Under the pieces are notes generated by a model, which was given only the letters and a program-made list of their open reading frames with translations, was not told the DNA's origin and made no database searches. DNA of 64,000 nt from Fistulifera solaris. Its lineage: Eukaryota. Below are positions 23,681 to 33,500 of the stretch, in pieces. Positions within the stretch are counted from its first letter, which is position 1; every line of letters starts with the position of its first letter. The translations under genes and the position numbers were made by a program. The stretch spans positions 868,001 through 932,000 of the forward strand of contig AP026130.1 of the NCBI GenBank assembly GCA_030295235.1. Direction: 5' to 3'.

Positions 23681-24762
23681 GGGCCTTTATTATCGGGCAG
23701 AATTACCGTCCATTAGAGCGTCCATTAGGATTTTTCGTCTGTTCTCGTCCGGATAATAATTTTTTCGAGCGTTCACGTGAACAGGCCCAACGTTCACGTG
23801 AACGAATTCGTTCATTTCGTTTTTTGATGTCCATTATGACGTTTTGGCGCCCAAAGGCGAAAAAACTCCACCCCTTCGCATTTTGTCGCGGTAACAAACA
23901 TTTGTTTCACACTTCTTCTTTCGCACAAATACAAGTGAAACTATTCAAATACAAGTCTAATTCATTCCATTATGACAGATAGTAACAAAGAAAACAGCGA
24001 CTGTGACAGCGTGAACACCGCAATCCTTGAAGCGATTGCGAAGGGCGATATAATCATGTCGACAAAAGGCAACGTGTCGTCTGTTACCGCGACATCTCCC
24101 GTTGAAGTCGCGCTTCCTGCTCCAGCACCTCCCGCGCCTCTTGCAACAACCATTTCCGGCGGAATGTAAAGCATCGGGTCGCCAGTTGAATTGAAAGATT
24201 TCGTTTCGTCAATGACGATATTCTCTCCAAGAAGATGTACCAGATATTGAAATGACGAGTACGTCATATGATATCTGTTCGCGAAGCCAGAATCACGACA
24301 TTCGTAAAGGTGTGTATTGAATATCTTTCGGGCAATGTGACGCTTTGGGTCTCGCCTCTTTGGTTGTCGCTGACGTCGTCGACGAATTCTCCGCACCGCC
24401 AAAACATTCATTTGGATCTGCAGTTGAACTATTTGCAACAACACTAAGTCTTCCATTGTTTCAACAGGATGGGATAACAAGAAACAAATGAATGACCTGT
24501 TCTGGGCGACGAATGATTGATGAAATGATATAACGAATGAATGCTTTCGATGGCAAAAAAATGATGCCATTTTTCAAGGCATTGGTAAGGGAAAAAAGAA
24601 GATTTATACTTAGCATCCTTTGATGTCGTAGAGATATTGCTCTAATGAACACGTAACCAAAATGGACGCAACACCTTTCGGTAATATTGTCCGTTCATTT
24701 GGGTGTGTCCATTTCGAAATGAACGCTCTAATGGACAGTAAAAATTTCGATCATATGAGGCC
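23681..24762. mobile_element. Internally deleted PIF/Harbinger DNA transposon
   Basis: TAA flanks both ends (23678-80 and 24763-65). Imperfect ~45-bp TIRs start (G)GGCCT and share GTCCATTAGAGCGT. Contains a transposase N-terminus on the minus strand and a second ORF start on the plus strand. Confidence 0.85.
24140..24456 (-). pseudogene. Truncated Harbinger transposase N-terminus
   Basis: FANRYHMTYSSFQYLVHLL...IPPEMVVA matches the Harbinger/HARBI1 pattern F...RM....F..L..LL...I.PE; the sequence breaks before the DDE core. Confidence 0.75.
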
Positions 24763-25203
24763 TAACCTTATACAATGAGAAAGAGGCCGTTCGGCCACGT
24801 CTCATCAAATTCACAGGAAGTGATGAGTTGTTCTACCATGACACAAACGCTAAAATTGTAAGACACACGATTTGAAAAGGAGATTTAGTAAAGCCTAAAA
24901 TTCCGAGTTGTCCGCTTTTAACTGCATTGCAATTCATCCGTCAACAGTTTGTATTGAGTTTCTGTTGTTGCGGCACGAGATCAAAAAGATTCTCGAAATC
25001 TTGATAAGCACAAAGTCTTCCGTTGATCAAATTTGATTCTTCTTGTCGCATTTTAAATTCATCCTACGCTTCTTTTTCTAACCAACATTTACTCCTTCGA
25101 TATCGCTACTCCGCCGTATTCACTCCCTTAGGATATCCAGTTGAATAGCAAATAATCATCTCATAAAGCAACTGTCGAAGCATCAACCCATTCCGAAGCT
25201 TAA

Positions 25204-28200
25204 TCATTTCGTTGATCGCGCTAGTGCTCGAACATGCTCGCAAACGCATTCAATAAAACCTTCGGCATAGCATTTCTCTAGTCTCGTCTGCAGAGCAAGT
25301 GGGACCTGGTCGTCCATATCCGAAGGAAGGTCATCTCCAAGATAAAGTATTCGGGAAGGCTGAGGAAATGTACCAGGGACAGTGCTGCCGCCATTGGAAG
25401 CGAACAGCATTTGGTTGGGTGCAGTCGAGTTTACATTAACGCCGTGGTCTTTCTCGCGGTGAACGGAGTCAGTTATCAACTTTGTTTCTGGGACGCCAGC
25501 GGTATCTCTGCTACTAGTAGTAGCATCATTTTCGAACACGTCTGTATCGCCTTTTTGGGGGAGGAGATGGTATACGTCGGCGTAACACCGACATCCAAAC
25601 ACACCGAAGATGTAATCGAAATGGAGTCCCCATTTGCATCGCGTCGTTGTTCTCTACAGCAAGGAACACCTGTTTCAACCAAAACGAGCCAAGGGCACAT
25701 CCAACATTAGGTCGAGTCCTTCACGTTTCCGTTTAAATAATTCTAACTTACCGTAGCCCCCTTCCAAAATGCTAACGACTCTTCCACTGCAGGACTTAGC
25801 AGCGAGAGAGCATATAACGTCTGTAATGTGGCCGAAATCAGCTGCAGATAATCCGCCTAGTCCCATCGGATCGCATTTGTGGGCGTCGAAACCGGCGGAA
25901 ATAATGACCATATCTGGTAAGAACGTTGACACTTTTGGAACAACCTTGCTGATAAGAGCTAGCCCAATATCGTGAGATAAAACCTTTTCACCAAGCGGTA
26001 TGTTTAGAACTCCTTCGTGGGGCGACGTGTCACCGCACCGACCTGGATAGATACCTTGCTTGGCACTTCCGGCAAGGACGTGCAACTGGTGATCAGGGTC
26101 ATCTTCCATCGATACCCCGTTCACATGAGCACCGCCTGCGTGCATTGACACGTACAAGAAACGAGGATCGTACGTCGAGCAAAGAATATCTTGTGTCCCA
26201 TTACCGTGGTGGACATCAAAGTCAATGACACAGACTTTGCTCAAACCAAGTCCCCCTTCTGACACCGGCGCGACAGCATAGAGCGCGGCACAAGCAGCCG
26301 CGTTCAATATACAAAAGCCATTTGAAACGGCTTTCATCGGATGGAGCGTCCTTCCTGCATGATGACCGGGCGGCCTCGTCGCACAGAATGCACTAGAAGC
26401 TTCACCATAAATGATTTTGTCTACCGCCGACACAACCGTCGCCACTGCAGCGACGGCTGCATCCCATGTACCTTTCGATCCTCCTAGGAGAAGTGATTAG
26501 CAATGCTTTGCGCAGTAACTGTCTAAAGCTGAAATCCACTTACTTGTGTCCGCCCCTCCGTCACCAGAGCTGTCATCTGTGAGTATGAGTCCTCTGTCGT
26601 CATCTTTCGCCAAAGCGCAACGCATTCTCATCCGTTCAAGATATGATTTTGCATGAGCCATCGGCAAAACCTTTTTCAAAGCAAAATCGATGTAGACGTC
26701 ATCAACCGATGGCACAATACTATGGTATGGATTAGTGCCAGCACCTGCTAGTTTTGCTCCCTTCAATGCCGCTGGTAGTCGCACAGCCCGCTCAAAGCAT
26801 CCATCGGAAGTCCTGTGTCCGTTGCAACGATAATCGCTCAAGACAAGAGACGCACGCTTGCCATCGGTCCCTTCTGCAAAGGTATTGAGTATCTGTTTGT
26901 AAACACGTTCGATGAAAAGATTCCACTCCGCTAAAACTTCATGCTTCTCCCCACCATACATTGTTAACGTTTCTATCCCGATGCGTTTCACCGTAACCCA
27001 GTATTTGATAGTTGACTTTTGCTTTTTCCGATTCTCGGCGGGTGACTTACGTTCTAGCATTTCACTCAACAGCGCAAACAGCTCGCTGACTGATGTCCGT
27101 AGCAGAGTCACACTTGGAGCAATCTGTTTATCGTTGAAGATCCTTTTCAAAAACGTTAGCCCAGTTACCATCGTCTGAAACAAATCATTACTCGGAGCAG
27201 AGCTGTTGTCCCCTTCAACAAACAAGGAAGCCGGTGGTAGGCTACTTGTGTCATTCTTTAAATCAAGGCTTTGAAATGGGGACCAAGCCGGGGGTGCACC
27301 ATTGGTGACGGGTTGAGTTGTTGCTTCCGTCGGATGAACTCCCCAACACCCTGGAGGCTCCATCACCTTAACGATTTCGTGCAATTGAAGGGGTTGTTCC
27401 TCTTCCGCCATGAGCCGCTTGCCATCATTGACACGATTTAACTGGTCAAGAATGTAAACAAACGGTAGTTCTAATATAACTCGAGGAAAATGCGGTGCTT
27501 GGATTGACATGACATGCGTCTCAAACAGTCCAGCACTCGCTCGATCCGGTGGCGTCATTTTGGCGTTGAGATGATTCTTCGCGTAGAGCTTCAGTGCCAT
27601 TGCCAAGCGGTGACCATCTACATATCGCGAAAACGCTTGCTTGGGTAATCCGGTAAATTGAAATGACATGCGCAACTCGTTCATGTCAAGCTTCCCGTTC
27701 GCACCAAACGTGTATTCCTTGATCATTTCATCCGTCGCTTCCACCGATTCGAGAAGAAACAAAGGCACCGATGCAAAAGCCGAGCCTGGCGCTTCCGACA
27801 TTCCGTCCGGCTTCCGAGGTCGGCCCGGACCTTGATCGGCTTGCCAGTAGGGAGCCAGGAATATCAGGTCCACCTTTTGTTTGGCACTGTTTCTTTTTCC
27901 CGGTTGTGCGGTTCCCACCGTTTCGGACGCGTGCATCACTCTCGCTGGCCAATACACACCCGGTCTTGCTCCTTTGCCGAAACTAGCCGCTAGTACAATT
28001 CCGTAATGAGTTCCTGGAACGATATAATCGGCGCTTCCACCATATCGAGCGGATTTGCGATTGTTGTCGACCTGATTCATGTATTTTCGTTCCCACTTGC
28101 GTTTCGCCTTGAGTACCTCTTCGTATTCCAAATCAAAGCATGTCTTCTCGTCGATCCACAGTGCTTTCCAAAGATCACCAATTTCAGGATCATGTACGTA

Positions 28201-28904
28201 AGCGATAATGACCGCATCACTATCCATCCAACGAATCTTGGCAGCAATGTGATAGGCTCCACCCGTAGCGCCCACCGGAGTGAGGACTCGTTTGGTGACC
28301 CAACCATCCTCACGCAGCACATCTGGATCATACGTCATTCTCCGTACGGCTTCTTCCATCGCTGTGACGCTGGATGCGTCCACGGACCGTATCATGGCTC
28401 GGGCCGCTGAAGGTGTACCATCCTTATGATAGACGTAGCGCAGCAGATTGTAGACCCACGTGGCCGCCCCGGGAATAGTGTGGGCCCAAGCAATGAAGGG
28501 TTGTTTGAATGACGACTTCTTTTCTTTCACCGGCACCACCTTCGGGTTGGGGACTTCCTTGTCCAAGTACGCGATATTTCCGCTCCAATCGGGCCGCCAC
28601 TCGTCTTCTTCGGGAGGTTCATGAAAATGAAGCACGCGTTCCAGTTCCTTGATTTCGAAATCGGACAAGGGAAGGACGGTTCGAATACTCAAGTTTCCGT
28701 TGGAATGGTCCTTTTCAAATCCACAAAGGCGCGTACAACTTCATCATCGAGACTCACAAACGGATCTGTGGGTGACGAAGTATCGGCAAACGGGTTCGAT
28801 GGTCCTTTTTCGAGTTCACTTTTCTTCACTTGCTTTCCACTCTTCACATCGTCTTGAGAAACAGAAGAGGTACTTCTCTTTCGACTCCCCGCCGCGGTGC
28901 TCAT
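25204..28904 (-). CDS. Histone deacetylase (class II-like) with long N-terminal Tudor/PWWP-like region; introns 26484-26543 and 25670-25751; frameshifts near 28692 and 25555
   Basis: RPPGHHA, NGFCILN, IDFDVHHGNGTQD, ISAGFDAH and LEGGY motifs intact; ERAVRLPAAL at the domain start. Introns splice in frame (DT-RGSKGTW; GGYG-VPCC). Confidence 0.88.
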
Positions 28905-29402
28905 CGCCTCGTAGTTTTCACTCTCGATTATGTAACAGGCACTTAAAAGTAATGCAATAAATATGCAATTAATTCCTTTCAATGCGAACCTTAAAACTCA
29001 GCACTTGATTGCTGGAAAACGCTCTTTCGTTCACTTCAACAAACCTGTTGAACGCCAATGCTTTCCCAATAATGACAGCGCGACGATGCGAGCGAGGAAG
29101 GGCGCAATGCGTTTTTTTATGAGCGGACAAAAGGTGCAGCGGGGCGCGCGCGGCGGAGGTTTTTTAGTACCGTATCGTAACAAACACGACTTTGAATTAA
29201 TCTATTTGGACACGGAAAGACATTCAATTTCTCATTTTGCTTTTTTTACGCGCAGAGGCTTCGTTGCGTTTTCGCACTTCGAGCATAATGGGGGCTTTTC
29301 GTCGCTATCACGACAAATAAGCTGAAGAAGCGCATAATTCTTTCGCATTAATAACTATATCATTGCTGGTTACAAGGTTCTACTGGTGCATAGAATCACA
29401 CC

Positions 29403-29926
29403 ATGGAAGCCATTCATCAAACTGCTTCGACAATCAACAACGGTCTGAAATACCTTCAAGAGAATTCACTCGTGATCGTCACTTGCGTGGCTGTTCTGTG
29501 GGTCATCCGCGGGCGGATCATGCAATGGCTCGATCCGTCCCAGCAAGGTGTCACTTTAGCATCATCATCGAACAAAAAACAAGACGAACGTTTGAATGAC
29601 ATGATGCGTGTGCGTCAGAAACAGCAAGAAGAAGCGGAACGGCAATCCAAACTCGCCGCACAAGAGCGAAAAGTTAAAGAAGCGGAGGAAAAGAAACGAC
29701 GGAACGAACTCAATCTGAAAAGAAAAAGTCTGAAAGCAGAGGAAGTACTTTGGGGAGCAATGGAAGTGGCTATAATCCCTTACAACCGTGGTCGTCTGGT
29801 TCGGGGGGAGGTTACAAGTAAGTGCAACGCGTTTCGCGTATCCCTCTAATAAGATTCACCTTCACTGACGAATGACAATGTCCTTTTAGGGCTCAACGGC
29901 GTACTGTTAACCGCGGCTGACGTTAG
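29403..29926 (+). CDS. SELENOS: Selenoprotein S (SelS/VIMP)-like with penultimate Sec (UGA 29918-20); intron 29818-29889; frameshift near 29711
   Basis: Single TM helix and coiled coil (MMRVRQKQQEEAERQ...EEKKRR), then GSGYNPLQPWSSGSGGGYK-AQRRTVNRG-UGA-R-TAG. This parallels the SelS C-terminus GYNPL...RRGPSSGG-U-G. Confidence 0.85.
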
Positions 29927-30012
29927 CTGTTCGACTTTTGTCAACCAAGCATCCCTTGGCAAAAGTCGGGCAATATAACACAACAATATTCAATTCATGT
30001 TTATTCGCACTA

Positions 30013-30081
30013 AGCTCACGGCAAACTCGAATGACATCAGTGCATGTCTGCTGATTGAAGAGTAGTTTGTTTAGCTGAGCT
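30013..30081 (+). promoter_or_regulatory. Candidate SECIS-like element (atypical)
   Basis: Lower stem AGCTCA/TGAGCT, GGCAAAC/GTTTGTT and CTC/GAG; ATGAC(30031-35)/TGAA(30056-59) tandem G.A quartet; upper stem ATCAG/CTGAT. Lacks the apical AA and helix II is short. Confidence 0.5.
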
Positions 30082-30514
30082 AAACCTGTATTTAACTAAG
30101 AAATTCATAAACATTTGCGAAGCCGTTCCTGAACAAACTCGTTATCACTGGGGCTTTATAAGTCTTTAGCAACATGATAAAGGCGTCATTCGAGTGTTCT
30201 ATTTGTTCCAATTCATCAGTGGTTCCACTTACAATTTACGATGCACATCTCGATTACTAGAGAGGTTCGTCAAGTTCATGCTTAGCGTTCACTACCGCTT
30301 TTACTATCGACCAGTGTGTACATTACTTTTTTTACGACTGCTTTTTTTAGTCATGAGCCAAGTCATACCCGCTTTTAGTAACTGGTGCCTCTGCGACTTC
30401 CGTTCCGGTACCCATTAGAACGCGCAGCAATTATTTTTGCACTGCACCTCAAACAAACGTAGGTATCCATAAACACTTTGGCATGCAATGATGATCCGCA
30501 TGTTATAGCCCATA

Positions 30515-33500
30515 ATGAACGTAACAAATCAACAATGCCGACAAATTTCGCCAGATAATGATCGTATTCTAGCAGGGCTTTGCGATGCCGCACGGAATAA
30601 CGACGCGAGCTCGGTTGCAAAAACGTTGGGTCTTCGAAGACGATCGTCCGCTTCGGTTCGTTCCCCTCTTCTGCAACAGGATCAAACATCAACTCTTCAC
30701 CTGGAAGACTTGATCTTTACAGAGTCTTTTCGTTTGATTGTCAAAGCTCTTCTAATGGCACCGACGGCTTACGATACGCCTTGGAAAGCTGCGCTCGAAT
30801 CGGTCTCCATCTTACAGAAGTCAAGCCACCAACCCGGCAGCCCAGATCTCATACAGATGACCGCGTTAGAAATACAAACCTTTCTCCAACAAAATGTGGC
30901 TTTCTGGTTAAATGAGGAAAGAAAACAGTCGCTATCATCCAACTCGTCTCCGCGTCAGCCATGTGTTTCGAACGAAGGTCTATCAACGCCGGGTGATTAT
31001 ATGATTGAATTGGCGAATTGCGTGTTGCTGCCTTTACGAAGTCAAAACGATCAGTCGCGGGAGAATGCCTTCCCAGCAGAGAATCATTGGGAACCAGCCT
31101 TGGGAATTGTCGCATGTCTTGTCGTCCTGACTGAGCACTTAGACATGAGGCTGCATCATTCGATCCTTGACGGGGTAGTTAACCCGATTCATTCATACTG
31201 TTTGATGCCCTTTGTTCGACTCGTGGTCGATATACGCTGTTACTTCCGGGAACAGGATTGGAGGTTTCTATTTGCTCAGTTTCAACGGTCGCTAGCGGAT
31301 CCATTCTCACACAACGCCTTACCCTTTCTTATGGAATGTGTCTTGAAACTGATCACTGAGCTGCTTCACCAATTCGACATTTCATTTGTCTCTTCATGGC
31401 GTGTTATCGTATTACAAATCATGATGTTGGCGTCTGGAAATGCAGTGACTTTTGGCTTTGTCGAACGTACAGTATCCTCGTACGTCTCGTCGCTTTCCGG
31501 CGTGACACAGTGCCAGCTGATTTCCGCTTTGCGAAAGGGCGATCATCCTGACGAAGACAAATATCCCCGCTGGCTCAAGGCATGTATGCTGCTTCAACTC
31601 ACCCACGCAGCATCTCGGTCCAAGTCCGAATTAGTGTCCCACATGTTAAGAAGGTCACTTCCTCATAGTTCGAGAATAAAGGCATCAGTTGATTCAAATT
31701 CAGGATCAAATCTGCTCGAAGACATCTTTGCTTTGACCGATTGTGGGGCTTTACTGGATCTGGTTAATGAGGTCGAGAACGATTGGCTTTCACTTTTTCG
31801 AGATCTGAAGTACGAAGGAAAAGGGAAGTTTGTGGGGACAAATAATAGTACTCAATCTACGCTGATAAATACCTGTGGATCTCTCGTCTGGGAAACCATT
31901 TGTCTCGGTGGTTCTAGCTCTGTCAACTGCGCTGAAACAAGAAGAGTCGAGTCTTGGATCAACTGTTGTGTTCAAGTATTCGACGATTCTAATTCTTCCC
32001 ACCGAAGACTTTTCACGGCGCTCGCCGCTTTGACGACAATATTTTGTGAGTTACCAGACTTTCAATCAAAGCTGAAAGAACTCATAGTGCACTGTTTTGA
32101 CCAAATAGATGACTGTGAGGAGTCAACAATGGAACGCGCGGTTCTTTATTGCTTGCTGTTGTCCAAGTTGTCACGCAGTAACCCCGAAAACCATTTTCAA
32201 GCCATACAAGGCGTCGAAGGCATCGTATTCACTCCCATGCCATTCAACTTGTTCATGGATGTTGTTGATGCCATCGTCGAGCTACCTTGCGGCCGCGAAA
32301 AGCTACTGTGTGTGTCACGCTCTTATTTGGATAGCCTCTCTTCCGATGACGCGTACGCTTCCTTCCAAGCGAACGCGTCGCCCTCAATCCTACTGAAGTG
32401 CGGTCTACATGGACTCCTTGTTTTGATCTCTGTTCGTGATTGGAATGGCCTTGAGGAGGATGCATGGAGTGTTCTATCAAATTTTATCGTCGAAAACCAG
32501 CCCAGGTATGCTGTCACACACCGTACTTGGTTCTATGAGCACGTTCGTCGACATATCCAAAGCCACTGCTTGCCTTCTTCGACTGCTGATCACCTGCTAC
32601 GCAGCATCGTGGCTCGTCTCCTTGTCTTTTACGTTTCACAAGATGACAATACGTTATATTTGGCACCCGAACGCGTCTTTTATTTCAACAAAGTGAATAC
32701 TGACGAAGTGAATGTGGTCGAAGATGTAACTAGTCTTGTCGGACTCGCTATGGATCTTTTACACTTTCTCGCGTTAGAGGTGAAAAACGTCGAAGTCAGA
32801 GATACCATCGGTGTTGTCTATCAAACTTTGACTCGTGAAATCGATTTGAAGGGTGCTGATATGAGCCCGAGCAACGTTTGCTCGAGTATTTTGTCAGCTG
32901 TTAAAGACGGGAAGGCATTAGTTTATGCAGTCCCTCTCATGTGCTTGCTTGCCATTGACCTGGAGAAACCACATGCCATTCCTTCCCCCCTGGACCGCAT
33001 GTCGTGCATCTCTGTTCAGGATTTGATGAAGCTTACTGCCGACGAGGAACGTCGAAAATTGAAAAGCTTGGACGTAAAATGGCATGAATATACAACGCAT
33101 AGCAAAACGAATATTGCTCCGGAAATGAAAAGTGCCGCGATTACGCTTCGTATGCAAGTCACTGATGTTCTACTCGATTTTGTTTTCGGCTTAAGGTGGA
33201 AAGAGACGAGAATTGCGTCCCAAAGTGAAATTCTTGTTCAGCGACTGAGCGCGATTTTGACTCTGAAACGTCAATGGAAAGTTGAAGTGCCAAAGACGCA
33301 GTTGAAGAGGTCTTCTATGCATAGCGAAGTCTGCGTAATTACTTGCGACCACTTACTCAGCGTAATGCTACCCTCGATCAATGAGATAATACAGTTTGAT
33401 TGCTCACTCGGCAAAATCGATAGTGTTCTCTCGGCAGTGTTGGATGTTTGTGAGCTGCTTAAAAGAGCGATTGGAGCAGTCTCTGACAACAAGTTACGAT

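Noticed and set aside
23962..24570. 202-aa ORF as an intact gene
   Set aside because: It is a chimera: a transposase N-terminus reading into the antisense strand of the element's second ORF after an internal deletion.
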